A program made the translations under genes and the position numbers. The notes beneath the pieces are model-generated. The model did not search any database. It was not told where the DNA came from and worked only from the letters and a program-made list of their open reading frames with translations. A stretch of DNA of 64,000 nt from Eledone cirrhosa (taxonomy: Eukaryota): positions 104,718,001 through 104,782,000 of the forward strand of contig OZ024742.1 in NCBI GenBank assembly GCA_964016885.1, in the 5' to 3' direction. The first letter of the stretch is position 1, and every line of letters begins with the position of its first letter. Shown piece after piece: positions 38,797 through 52,524 of this stretch.

Positions 38797-39260
38797 GGCT
38801 AATTGGCAGAATCATTAGAACGTCAGATAGAATGCTTTGTAGTATTCATTCTGACTTTTTGCAAAAGTCAGCTTGAAAGTAACACAGAGGAGATTGAAGT
38901 TAGCTGGACATGCTCACCGACATTCAGAGTTAGCACTGTACTCAGTGCTCCTGTGGGAGCCCCTACACGGACACACTAGAAGAGGGAGTCCGAGGTTGAC
39001 ATATATTGATGCCCTAAGGACATACACAGGTCTCTTGAAGATGCAGGATGATGGAGGGACAGAGACTGCTGGAGAGAATTCGTCCATGGATCTCAGGAAT
39101 TTTACCCGTCCGAGATAGATAGTTCAATGCCCTCTGAGGTCAACTTTGCCTTTCATCTTTCCGAGGTCGATAAAAATGTACCAGTCTGGTATTGAGGTAG
39201 ATTCTTCCTCTACATCTCTTTCACATTCTCTGAAAGAAATTGGCTATGTTCAGACCCGGA
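38797..39260 (+). mobile_element. Degenerate SINE A interrupted by an RTE-like 3' fragment (38873-39123)
   Basis: RRLKLAGHAHRH...LWEP...RRGSPRLTYID with (agat)n tail; SINE head before it and gaggtcaactttgcctttcatc after it. Confidence 0.7.
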
Positions 39261-39787
39261 AAGGCTAAGTTTAGAAATGCCCAATATACACTATGGGGTT
39301 ATAGGGCCACTATGGTGGCCCTATAACCCCATTAGGAGTTACATGTCCATACATATACATATCTCTAAACTCATTTCAGTGCTACGTGGAATCAAATTTG
39401 ATTGTCAAGCTCAATTCTGTGCGAAAATCTTATTATTCTTCAGTAACGATACTCATCTTACTGATCTCATAAATTGGTCACATGTGGCAACATCTGACCT
39501 AAATCTATACAATCGAAGGGTCAATAATAATAGTCACCTTCTGATACATGATATAAAGAAAATATGTACAATTTCGATAACTTTATCTCTCATCAGCTGG
39601 TGTATAAAAAGACAGAATACGCCCTGTGGCAAACGGTATAAGTATAAACAGTCTTAGGAGATAGGATATAAGAGTATCAGTCAAGAAAACTTGAGTAATC
39701 AGGTGTTCAGGACCAGATCAGATGAAAATATAAATGATCTGAACTTATGACTATGTGGTCAGCATTTCAGCTCTTAATTTCACTGGT

Positions 39788-39861
<74 letters not shown>

Positions 39862-39882
39862 TTTTCCTTGGAGGGAAACTTT

Positions 39883-40221
39883 CATCATCATCACCATCAT
39901 CATTTTACGTCCACTTTTCCCTGCTGGCAAGGGTGGGACGGGAACTGATTCTGGCTTGATTTCTACAGCTGGATGCCCTTCCTAACACCAACCTCATTTA
40001 CAGTGAGTGCTGGGTGCTTTTTTGCCGTGGCACCTCCACGACCACTTTGCAGTGGAATGATAGGGACCCCAGTCCCTATCATCTCATTTCTACAGGTGAG
40101 TAAACTGGAGCAATGTGAAATAAAGTGTCTTGCTCAAGGAAACAACACATGACTTGGTCTGAGAATTGAACTCACAACCTTTCGATTGCAAGGCCAATGC
40201 TCAAACCTCTAAGCCATGTGC
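39883..40221 (-). mobile_element. SINE family B
   Basis: Reverse complement of family consensus. Confidence 0.9.
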
Positions 40222-40411
40222 AAATCCCTTGGTCATTTGTGACTGAAGGGAGTCTTTATATACAAAACCAGTTGATTTAAGAAGCACTGTGAACATTTGA
40301 AATTCTGTCATCCCAACACAAATGGCCATACCCTGTCCACTTGTCTCCATCTCAAGGGATACTGGATTAACTCTCATTACTGTCATTTGCATTAGGATGT
40401 CATTTGAAATA

Positions 40412-40495
<84 letters not shown>

Positions 40496-40562
40496 TATAT
40501 ATACACACACACACATATATATATAAATATATACACATATATATATATATATATACACACAC

Positions 40563-40647
<85 letters not shown>

Positions 40648-40652
40648 TATAC

Positions 40653-40683
<31 letters not shown>

Positions 40684-40690
40684 TACACAT

Positions 40691-40725
<35 letters not shown>

Positions 40726-40728
<3 letters not shown>

Positions 40729-40825
40729 GATGTCCCCCCAAAATGTATACACACTTCAGCAGCATTCTAATAAATATTGCCTGTACAGATAATCAAAGTG
40801 TGTATACATTTTTAGGGACACTCTG
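40726..40825. mobile_element. Tc1/mariner MITE (family of 34012)
   Basis: Same TIRs and interior, opposite orientation. Confidence 0.85.
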
Positions 40826-40834
40826 TTGCAGAGC

Positions 40835-40866
<32 letters not shown>

Positions 40867-40867
<1 letters not shown>

Positions 40868-43800
40868 CATCATCATCATCATCATCATCATCAGGTTTAG
40901 CGTCCGTGTTCCACGCTTGCATGGGTTTGGACGGGGGTTTTCCCACTTGAGGCAAGAGTGGTTGTCTTGCTCGCATAGGACTGTCTGGCAGGTTTTCTAC
41001 AGTTGGATGCCCTTCCTAACACCAACCACATTTACAGTGTGGGGCTGGGAGGTTTTTACCGTGTTGCCTACACGGCCACATTACAGCTTGGACTGTCTGG
41101 CGGGTTTTCTACAGCTGGATGCCCTTCCTAACACCAACCACATTTACAGTGTGGGGCTGGGAGGTTTTTACCGTGTTGCCTACACGGCCACATTACAGCT
41201 TGGACTGTCTGGCGGGTTTTCTACAGCTGGATGCCCTTCCTAACACCAACCACATTTACAGTGTGGGGCTGGGAGGTTTTTACCGTGTTGCCTACACGGC
41301 CACATTACAGCTTGGACTGTCTGGCGGGTTTTCTACAGCTGGATGCCCTTCCTAACACCAACCACATTTACAGTGTGGGGCTGGGAGGTTTTTACCGTGT
41401 TGCCTACACGGCCACATTACAGCTTGGACTGTCTGGCGGGTTTTCTACAGCTGGATGCCCTTCCTAACACCAACCACATTTACAGTGTGGGGCTGGGAGG
41501 TTTTTACCGTGTTGCCTACACGGCCACATTACAGCTTGGACTGTCTGGCGGGTTTTCTACAGCTGGATGCCCTTCCTAACACCAACCACATTTACAGTGT
41601 GGGGCTGGGAGGTTTTTACCGTGTTGCCTACACGGCCACATTACAGCTTGGACTGTCTGGCGGGTTTTCTACAGCTGGATGCCCTTCCTAACACCAACCA
41701 CATTTACAGTGTGGGGCTGGGAGGTTTTTACCGTGTTGCCTACACGGCCACATTACAGCTTGGACTGTCTGGCGGGTTTTCTACAGCTGGATGCCCTTCC
41801 TAACACCAACCACATTTACAGTGTGGGGCTGGGAGGTTTTTACCGTGTTGCCTACACGGCCACATTTACAGCGTGGACTGTATGTTTTTTTATCGTGACA
41901 CCTACACGATCTCATTTGTTTCGGCCTGGATGTTGTGGGACCAACATAACTTTACATTGAAAGGGGCGGTGTGGATGGGGTGGAGGTGGTGGGACGGGGT
42001 TGATAGAGATGCCTACTGACTGTAGTAGGTTTTTACTTTGTATTTAGGTAAGGCGGGTCTTCTCTATTACTGAGTACCGCCAAAGGTCTCGGTCCAGTGA
42101 CATTGTCTTGGAGAGGTGTAAGCGTGTGAGGTCGGAATTTATCAGCTCGTCCCATGTTTTTCTGGGTCTGCCTACTCTGTGGCTACCGTCTATCTTTATT
42201 GCCCTGCACTTTGTTATACAGCTGTCGTCTTTCATGCGCATCACGTGACCGTACCAACGTAGCCTTCTCTCGAGTAAACAACATCTGATCCCTCTTATTT
42301 CTAATTTTTTCCTTAGTTCGTTTATGCTTTGCCGTTCACGTATATTACTATTGCACATCCAGCGGAGCATGCAAGCTTCGTTCCTCTCTAGTCTGCGTAT
42401 ATCCTCTGCACACAATGCCCAGGTCTCACTGCCATGCAGCATTGCTGTTCGTATGCAGGCATCGTATAAACTGCCTTTCATTTTTAGGGAGAACCCTCTA
42501 GCGGCTAATAGTGGTATAAGCTCTCTGAACTTTTTCCATCCAGTTCTGACTCTAGCTACTGTACTTTCAGAGCACCCTCCCCAAAAGCTGATTTTGTCAC
42601 CCAGGTAACGGAAGCTATCCACTATTTCTATAGAACCCTCTGCGCAGTTGAAGGAGCTAGTATTTTGTGGGCACTTGCTGCTACTTATTGCACCAGAGCA
42701 CCGGCCACATGTAAAATCTATGTTCTTAGCTTACCTGTGATCCCACTACATCTTTTATGCACCCATACTTTGCATTTGGGACATAAAATGGAGTTTCTAC
42801 CTACGCCTTTCCTACACACTGAGCATGGCCATTTCCCAGATGGGACTGCCGCCTTATTTTCTTTCCTACAAACTAGAACTTTAGTCTTAGCCAGGTTAAT
42901 TTTAAGGCCTTTTGATTCTAGGCCGTGCTTCCATGTTTGGAATTTCTTCTCTAGTTCGGTCATTGATTCAGCTATGAGCGTTAGATCATCTGCGTATAAG
43001 AGTTCCCATGGGCAGCCGGTCTTGAACTCCTCTGTTATAGCCTGAAGGGCAATAATAAATAGTAGGGGGCTAAGAACAGAGCCCTGATGGACACCAACTT
43101 TTACGCTAAACTCTTCACTATATTCGTTGTTAATTCTAACCTTACTGACTGTTTCTTTATACATGGCTTGTATAGCTCTCACAAGCCATTCGTCAACACC
43201 TAGTTTTCTAAGAGACCACCAGATAATGGAACGGGGGACTCTGTCGAAGGCTTTCTCCAAGTCGACGAAAGCTAAGTATAGGGGTTTACTTTTAGCTAGG
43301 TACTTCTCCTGTAGTTGTCGTACAATGAAAAGAGCGTCTGTGGTACTTTTGCCTGACACAAACCCGAACTGCATTTCATCAAGATCAATTCTCTCTCTGA
43401 TTAGTTGCGCTATTACTTTTTCCGTGACCTTCATGACCTGGTCGATTAATTTAATGCCTCTATAGTTACTCCTATCTAGGGCATCTCCTTTTCCCTTATA
43501 GCAGTTAACGATGATGCTGCTACGCCAGTCCTTCGGAACAACCCCATTCTGTACGACTTGGTTAACTATCCGGGTGACCATGGTGTGTCCCACCGAACCA
43601 GATGCCTTCAGCATCTCAGCAACTATTTCCGAAGGACCAGCCGCCTTACCCGTCTTCATATCTTTGATTGCCTTGCTTATTGTACTACCCTGGACTAACA
43701 CTGCTGGTCCCTCTATTGGGTCGATGTGGGGGAGACTGTCTTTCTCCCATTTGTTCTCCTCATTTAGAAGCCTTTCGTAGTGACACTTCCAAGCTACCTT

Positions 43801-44273
43801 CTTATCAGCGTCGGTGATGGCAAGTATGCCATCATCGTTAAGTACACACTTCTCCCCGACAATATCACGGTTTTCCTTGACACATTGCCTGGCAATCCTG
43901 AACACCTCACGTTTTTGGTCCTCACGTTGTAGAACATGCTTGAACTTTCTTTCCTCTGCTTCCCTTCTTGCGAAGTACACTTGTCTCCTAGCTTCCCTCC
44001 TGGCCACTTGATAGTCTTCTCTACTTCCCCCATCCCGCCATGCTTTCCAAGCCTGCTTTTTGGCCTTAATTGACTCCTCCACCTTACTGTTCCACCACTA
44101 TGTTACTCTCCTCCTACCTATAGGCCTGCTCCAGCCACAGACTTCGTCTGCCGCCGTCAGCAGGTTTGCTTTCAGAAATTCCCACTGTTCCTCTATATTA
44201 TACGACTCTAATTGCTCTTCCTTACTGTCGAAAGCATCAAGTAATATGCTTTGAAATTTATTTCTGGCTATGG

Positions 44274-44275
<2 letters not shown>
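40867..44275 (-). mobile_element. RTE-clade LINE family 1, 5'-truncated, best-preserved copy
   Basis: 454-aa ORF with NYRGIKL, LEKAFDRV, GVHQGSVLSP, LYADD and PHD insert; 192-aa C-terminal ORF; (gat)n tail. Confidence 0.96.
40978..41875. repeat. 112-bp tandem array (8 copies) inside the RTE 3' UTR
   Basis: Identical ORFs spaced 112 bp apart (41119, 41231, ...); the unit is single-copy in the other RTE copies. Confidence 0.95.
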
Positions 44276-44345
<70 letters not shown>

Positions 44346-45159
44346 ATATATATATAAATATATATATAGCTCTGCAACAGCATATGAACACGCACACACA
44401 CATATTAACCACCATCTGTGTGCACGCGGTTCACCCCGTTCACAGCCAGCTAACACTACTAATACACAGTAGTCCCTCACAACTATGGCTAGAACATCTG
44501 CACATTTTGCTACTAACACCACTAACATTACTAACTCACCCCACCAAACATACTTGCACATATATACATGTGTGCTTGTACACATCACTAACTCTACCAC
44601 CACCACCATAAGCAGCATATACTTACACCGCCACCTGCATCATCGCCACCACTACCACCACCTCCACAGTCACACCATCCGTACCATTCGCCCTGGTGGC
44701 GTCTACTCTGTCACACCAATTCTCTCCCACACCCATCACTTTATCAACTCCCTCACCCACCACCCATTCCTTCAACCTCTGTCCCCTGCACTCTATCTGA
44801 TCGATTGAATATAACACACACCCTACCTCCTGGGTCTCCCTTAGAACTTTGCCACCACCATCTCTCACAAACACACACACCCACACACTTCCTGTGGCTA
44901 TCACTACCCACAATTCCTTTCTCTTCTACTATACAGATGGTCATACTTTAGACAAACTTTGGACTTACTAACCTATATTAGACCATACCAGAATCGAAAA
45001 CCCACCCCACCCCACTCCTTCCATACACAGACACACACACACATATGCATACATCAATACATGCAACCACACAATGCACACCAATAACCACACATCCCTG
45101 CCAAACACACATACTAACATACACATATGCACAAGTGAATACACAGGGATACGGGTGTA

Positions 45160-45235
45160 TAGGGTGTGTACAACTTTGATGAGTTGTAGTGCCCCTGAGC
45201 ACTGTACACAATAATTTTCATCATTATTATTATTA
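45160..45235 (+). mobile_element. CR1-type 3' tail ending a CA-rich segment
   Basis: ctttgatgagttgtagtgcccctgagcactgtacacaataatttt..(att)n matches 31885-31938. Confidence 0.75.
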
Positions 45236-45324
45236 AAACATTAATTTCATGAGCAGGCTGTTCTGTTGATTAACAGACTGGGATTCATCATTGAAAGTGA
45301 TAGAGGTCCATTAATTCATTCAAT

Positions 45325-45373
<49 letters not shown>

Positions 45374-45517
45374 TGGAAAATGTGTGAAATCCTTGGTACA
45401 GTTAGGTATATTTGAAAAAAAGGAAAAGAATGACTTCACTTGTAGTTCTAAACAATTTAATTTTATAATATAAAATCAAATTGCTTAGAACTACAAGTGA
45501 AGTCATTCTTATCCTTT

Positions 45518-45576
<59 letters not shown>

Positions 45577-45740
45577 AGCAAATTATAAATGTAAACATGT
45601 AAGTATGTTTTTGAAACGGTGCGCGAGTTTGAAAATTAGAAATTAGAAATTATAAGCTTTCACCGTATTTTAGACTAAATCCCACTATCAGGCTAGAAAT
45701 TTCTTTAGTCTAAAATACAGTGAAAGCTTATAATTCCTAA

Positions 45741-45874
<134 letters not shown>

Positions 45875-45879
45875 ATATA

Positions 45880-45982
45880 CAGGGTGTCCCAAAAATGTAT
45901 ACACACTTCAACAGACAGCATTCTAATAAATATTGCCTATATAGGTAATCAAAGTGTATATATATTTTTGGGAGACAACCTG
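45880..45982. mobile_element. Tc1/mariner MITE (family of 34012)
   Basis: cagggtgtcccaaaaatgtatacacactt...tttttgggagacaacctg. Confidence 0.85.
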
Positions 45983-46408
45983 TGTGTTTGTGTGTGTGTA
46001 GTAATTTAAAAGAATACACTAGCTATCAGGCAAAAGATAAAGTGAAAGAAGATAAACTAATTAAATATGTCTATTGACCTTTCCAATGCCACCGTTCAAA
46101 GAACAGACAATGCTATATTGGAATATCTGCTAGAGCTACAGATGAGTCAGGCATCTATTTTGGATATGTCTGTTCTTTTAGTTGAAGTTGAAACATTTCT
46201 AATCAATGCTAGTCTGATTGTTCTCATACCATTCCAATACCAATTCCATACCATTTACCTGAATACATTTCATAGTATTTCTTCTAGTTATTGTTCATTA
46301 TATATTTTTTTCTACCACCATAGTGTAACTATTTATTTTATACAAACTTGTTATATAAAATGTATTGTAGGATATATATATATATGTATAAATATACGTG
46401 TGTATATA

Positions 46409-47299
46409 CAGGGTGTGGACGATATTTGTTCGCAATTTTCAACTGCTAATTTTATGCAAATTTTTTTTACTTCTGTTATCACTCTTGTCTTCATAAAAAC
46501 AGTGACTATATTTCCATTATTTATTTTCAGAATAATTGATTATGAATAATTTTGAACCTCCAAATTTGTGGGAGAGACATGGAGTTCTTCTCGGATTCTG
46601 CGCCGGGAGGACAAATAAGGAAAGAACATCAACTCCCAGAACAACAGGTGGCTCGTTGTTTCATCCAAAGACGTGCCCAGAGTCATGCAGACAAAGTTTC
46701 CAGCGACAACATTGGTCTTAGGTGTCGTCAGCAGTCAAGGTGACGTCATGCCACCTCACTTCTTCCCTGAGGGCCTCAAGCTGAACACCGATGGCTACAT
46801 CTGTGTTCTGAGCGAAGTAGTAAAGCCCTGTATCGACCAGGTAGCTGCAGGTAGGCCGTACGTGTGGCAGCAAGACTCAGCGCCCTGCCATACCAGCCGA
46901 AAGACCTAAGCCTGGCTGTCAGAGAACTTTGTCAACCACACGTCACCTGACATCTGGCCTACCAGCTCGCCTGACTGCAACCCCCTCGACTTCTTTGTGT
47001 GGGGCGCAGTGGAACGAGACACCAACAGATCTAGCTGCAATACGAAAGATGATCTGAAGGCCAGGATCACAAGTGCCTTTAGGGGCCTAAGTCAGGAACA
47101 GTGACGAAGGCCTGTAACCGGTTCTGAGGCCGCTTTGAGGCCGGCATCAAAGCCAATGGCGGGTTTATCGAGTGAGATCGAAAGAACAAGTCATGAAGAC
47201 AAACTGATCCAAGTTTGATAAATATATCTTAAAAAATAAAACTACTGTGTTATCTCTTCCTAGACAGTAATCTTGCGAACATATATTGTCCGCACCCTG
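46409..47299 (+). mobile_element. Internally deleted DD37D (maT-type) Tc1/mariner transposon
   Basis: TA-flanked TIRs cagggtgtggacgatatttgttcgcaa / ttgcgaacatatattgtccgcaccctg. WQQDSAPCH...WPTSSPDCNPLDFFVWG has 37 residues between the last two Asp, with one in-frame stop. Confidence 0.9.
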
Positions 47300-47312
47300 T
47301 ATATATATATAT

Positions 47313-47313
<1 letters not shown>

Positions 47314-47343
<30 letters not shown>

Positions 47344-47721
47344 CCGTTTTACGTCCGTTCTTCCATGCTAGCATGAGTTAGACGGGTTGTCCTGTTGTGG
47401 GCAGTGTCTGGTCGGCTGACCATGCCTTGCTCATACAGGAACTAATTTGGCTTGATTTCTACAGCTGCATGCCCTTCCTAACACCAACCTCATTTACAGT
47501 GAGTGCTGGGTGCTTTTTCGTGGCGCCTACACGTCCACTTTACAGTGTGGGCTGGGTGCTTTTTTGCCGTGGCACCTCCACGACCACCTTGCGATGGGGG
47601 TGTGGGGGCATATTGTCTATATGCTTCAGTAATATTACTGCGTGACGCCACGGTCGTGTGTCATTGCCTTTGAGAGGTGTAATTGGGTAAGGTCGGCTTT
47701 TATCACCTCATCCCAGGTCAT

Positions 47722-47759
<38 letters not shown>

Positions 47760-48135
47760 CACATATATATACACATATATATATATATACATTTTTTTGC
47801 CATGGCACCTGCAAAGTGGTCGTAGAGGTGCCTCGGAAGAAAAAGCACCCAGCACTCACCGTAAATGAAGTTGGTGTTAGTAAGGGCATCCAGCTGTAGA
47901 AATCAAGCCAGAATCAATTCCCGTATGAGCAAGACAAGGTCAGCCGACCGGACACAGCGCACAACAGGACAATCCGTCTAACCCATGCTAGCGTGGAAGA
48001 ACAGACGTCCAGTCATAGAAATCAAGCCAGAAACAGTTCTGTATGCGCAAGACACAGTCTCATGACCCTACTTGCCTCAAATAGGACACTCCATCTAACA
48101 CATGCTAGCGTGAAAAGTAGACATTAAATGAAGAT
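47314..48135. mobile_element. Cluster of SINE-B-related and RTE 3'-end fragments in opposing orientations
   Basis: Shared ccttcctaacaccaacctcatttacagtgag and acccatgctagcgtggaa tail motifs at 47314-47600 (-) and 47795-48135 (+). Confidence 0.7.
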
Positions 48136-48998
48136 GATTATCATCATGAAAATCATCATTAGATTTATAACCATTTTTCTATGTTGGTATGGCAACACTT
48201 TTTGAGGGAGAAATCTATGGCTGGATACTCGTTTAGATGTCAACTCTTACTTATTGTTTAAGTAATATATGAATCTTTGCATATCTAATCACTGAGCAGC
48301 AAGATTCCTGTCTAAGCTAGATGTAAACAAATTTGATTCTTTGTGATGCCAAATGCAAAGAAAAGAGAAGAGGCAAACAATTACATAGACACACACACAT
48401 ATACATATATATATAAACATATATATATATATATATAAAATCTTCCTTACAGATTCCACCTAACAAATACTCTCATAAGGTCTAACTTGAGAAATTCTCT
48501 TTGAAATACATGGTCTTGGATTCCATCTCACAGTGTGACACCCTGGTCAAGTGTCTTCTACTATAGACTTATGGGTGAATTTGGGAGACAGAAATAGAAG
48601 GAAGCTGTAGTAGAAGAAGCCCAAGGAAAACCTGGGGAGAAACAATAAGAGTGGATATCAAAGTACTGAACCTCTCGAAGGAGATGATGAAAGAACAGAG
48701 TCAGTGGAGACAGTCAGTCCAAGACAACATAAAACAGACTGTTTCAGCTTTGCAATAAAAAAAGAGGGAAATAGCCCTGAAATATCATCCAAGAATACAC
48801 TGGGTAAAACATTAATTTGTTTTATTTTGTTTTATTTGTCATCATTTGCCTATTGTTTTTTTCTACCACAATGTACCGGCTTTAAAAAAAAATTATCATC
48901 TTTTACTACACACACACGCACATATATAATATTTGTTCTTAATATATCTTAATATATAGTAATAACACACACACACACACACATATACATATATATAT

Positions 48999-50919
48999 AG
49001 TATAATAAGTAAAGAAATCAAAGATATGAAGACAGGCAAGGCAGCTGGGCCTTCGGAGATAGTTGCTGAGATGTTGAAAGCATCTGGAATGGTGGGACAT
49101 ACTATGGTCACACGTATAGTTAACCAAGTAATACAGAATGGGGTCATACCAAAAGACTGGTGTAGCATCATCATCATTAACTGCTACAAGGGTAAAGGGG
49201 ATGCGCTAGATAGGGGAAACTATAGAGGCATTAGGTTAGTTGACCAGGTCATGAAGGTCACAGAAAGAGTTATAGTGCAACTAATCAGGGAGTGAATTGA
49301 TCTAGATGAAATGCAGTTTGGTTTTGTGTCTGGTAAAAGTACCACAGACGCTCTTTTCCTTGTACGACAACTACAGGAGAAGTACCTAGCTAAAAGTAAA
49401 CCCCTCTACTTAGCTTTTGTAGACCTGGAGAAAGCCTTTGAGAGAGTCCCCCGCTCCATTATCTGGTGGGCTCTTAGAAAACTAGGTATAGATGAATGGC
49501 TTGCAAGAGCTATCAAGACATGTATAAAGAAACAGTCAGTAAGGTTAGAATTAACAATGAATATAGTGAAGAATTTAGTGTAAAAGTTGGTGTTCATCAA
49601 GGCTCTGTCCTTAGCCCCTCCTATTTATTATTGCCCTTCAAGCTATAACAGAGGAGTTTAAGACCGGCTGCCCATGGGAACTCCTATACGAAGATGATCT
49701 AACTCTCATAGCTGAATCTATGGTTGAACTAGAGAAGAAATTCCAAACATGGAAGCATGGCCTAGAATCAAAAGGCCTTAAAGTTAACTTGTCTAAGACT
49801 AAAGTTCTAGTTTGTAGAAAGGAAAATAGGGAACAGGTGCCCTCTGGGAAATGGCCATGCTCAGTGTGTAGGAAAGGAGTAGGTAGAAATTCCATTTTAT
49901 GTCCCAAATGCAAACTATGGGTACATAAATGATGCAGTGGGATCACTGGTAAACTATCTAAGAATGTAGATTTTATATGTGGCCGGTGCTCAAGTGCAAT
50001 AAGTAGCAAGTAACAGTGGTGGAGGATGCTCTGAAAGTACAGTAGCCAAAGCCAGAATGGGATGGAAAAAGTTGAGAGAGCTTATACCGATGTTGGCCAC
50101 AAAAGGTTTTTCTCTAAAAATGAAAGGCAGATTGTATGATGCCTGTATACGAACAGCAATGCTACATGACATGTGTGCAATGGACCTGCGCAGACTGGAA
50201 AGGAACGAAGCATGCATGCTCCGTTGGATGTGTAATAGTAATATACGTGAATGGCAAAGCATAAGTGAACTAAGTGAGAAATTAGGAACAAAAGGGATCA
50301 GATGCTTTTTACTTGAGAGAAGACTACGTTGGTATGGTCACGTGATGCACATGAAAGACGACAGCTGTATAAAAAAGTGCAGGGGCGATCAAAATTTATG
50401 GAAGTTACGGAGTAGGTAGACCCAGAAAAACCTGGGACGATTTGATAAATTCCGACCTTACACACTTACACCTCTCTAAGATAATGTCACTGGACCGAGA
50501 TCTTTGGCGCCACGCAGAAATTCAGAAGACCTGCCTTGCCTATGTACAAAGTGAAACCTACAGTCAGTAGGCACCTCTTAACCAAATGTACACCCCTACC
50601 CTATCCTCCCATTCCCACCAACACCACCCTCTTTCTGTAAAGTTGGTACCACAATATCCAGTCCAAATAAATAAGATCGAGATCGTGTAGGTGTCACGAC
50701 AAAAAGACAGTCCATGCTGTAATGTGGCCTTGTAGGTAACATGGTAAAAAGTTCTCAGTCCACCCTGTAAATGTGGTTGGTGTTAGGAAGGGCATCCAAC
50801 CATAGAAAACCTGCCAGATAGTCCTATATGAGCGAGACACGGTCACCCGCACATTGGGACAACTCCCGTCTAACCCATGCTAGCGTGGAAGATGGACGTT
50901 AAATGATGATGATGATGAT
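48999..50919 (+). mobile_element. RTE-clade LINE family 1, 5'-truncated, more decayed
   Basis: Homologous peptides (MKTGKAAGPSEIVAE, QFGFVSGKSTTDA, KWPCSVCRKGVG) with stops and deletions; (gat)n tail. Confidence 0.93.
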
Positions 50920-52524
50920 ATACATATATATTGTCTGAATAGGTGTGGTCATTAATTAATGTTCAATTAATTAATTAAGACACTTGTCACATTAATCAAT
51001 TAATTTTAAATAAAATTCAAATGACAATTTTGCAATACAAAGTAAGAAATATTTAAAATATATATCTAACACCATCTTCACAATGTAAATATTACTCTAA
51101 AAGAACTGCTATAAATATATGATATTAAAGAGGCAACTTACACGTATTTGATCTTTGATCTTAGTGCTATAGATCAGTTCAAGTAGAAATGGGAGAGTGG
51201 AGTTGGGGGAGCTCATATGATTGAAGTTTTCCAGACAATTAACCTTCAGCGTTATATATTTCTACCTGTCTATTCTATGGTTGTGTGTATATATATATAT
51301 ATATATACATATACACATATACATATGTAAATATATAGATATATATCGATCCATAACTTCTGCTGGGGTTGTAGGAGTGCAGTAGTGACATACAGCAAGT
51401 CTTGGGCATTTTAAAACCTGGTGGGGACTATTCCCTTTCCATGTCTGGGAGGTGAGAAAGAGAGAGATGGGGGGGGGGAGTAAGAAAGAGAGAGAGAGAG
51501 AGGGTTAGTGGTGATGGGATAAAAAAAAACATAAGTAATAAAATGTTTGATACCAACCCAGCCCAAACTACCCTCAGTTCAATGTAATGGAACCATCCAT
51601 TTTACAAAGCCCCTATTTAAATTTTTATTTTTCAACATAATTTGATAGAAGAACCTTTTGTTAAGTCATGTTATAAATATCATCTTAATGAAATGATTAA
51701 TATTTTACTAAATCCCTTCAAATTCTGGTGTTTAGAATATAACTTAAAGGTTCTTACATGAAATTATGGTGGAAGATTTCTTGATAACTATAAACATTTT
51801 AAAACAAACTGCCTTGTATAGCAGAGCCAAGGGCAGTTTCAGGCAGTTTTGGTTTAGAAGAAAAAGAATGTAATTAACAAAATTTGTACAGTGAATGTGG
51901 TTAGAATGTCTAAGGAAAGAACCACTGGACATATTTTATGTGAAAAGCCAACTGGCAGGGGACCCAAAAGCAGACCATGAGGAAGATGGTGGGATAACAT
52001 CTATGAGCTTGGCTAGCCTTACTTGGGAATTAAGGTAAAATCAATTTCAGATGCGTGCTTCTGATAGGACCCTCTAAGTGTGTCTGAGGACTCAGACCCC
52101 ATGACCTTTCCAGGAATAAGTGAGAGGAGAATAATAATAATAATAATAAGAAGAAGAATTTTTATCCATGTATATTTGATGGGGGAGAGGGGGGCGAAAT
52201 TTACCTATTCGAGCGCCCTAACCAAATTCATCAGTGGGCCCTCAAATTTGTAGCAATGTGGCATGTTTCAGTATCCAATATATATACTTTTTTTCCTGTA
52301 TTTTTTTTGCAATGGTCATTAATGAAATACCCAGTGTACGCTTGAAATAAAGTTATATGCTGGTATGGCACTGCACATTAGTTTCAGTGGGCCCTTAGAT
52401 ACCCGTGGTAAATCCAGCCATGGGGGTCGGGGTGCACACTTCAGCTCCATAAATATTGTTCAGACATTCTGTGTCATGGCAATTAAATTCATGTTGTGGT
52501 TTAATGTAGAGAAGAATTTTATAA

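Noticed and set aside
39562-39600. Minus-strand CTGATGA gagataaagttatc GAAA ttg TA
   Set aside because: Stem I has only one pair; cannot be distinguished from chance.
40822-44380. Inverted ctgttgcagagc / gctctgcaacag flanking the RTE copy as TIRs
   Set aside because: Only 12 bp, partly contributed by the adjacent MITE end; no target duplication.
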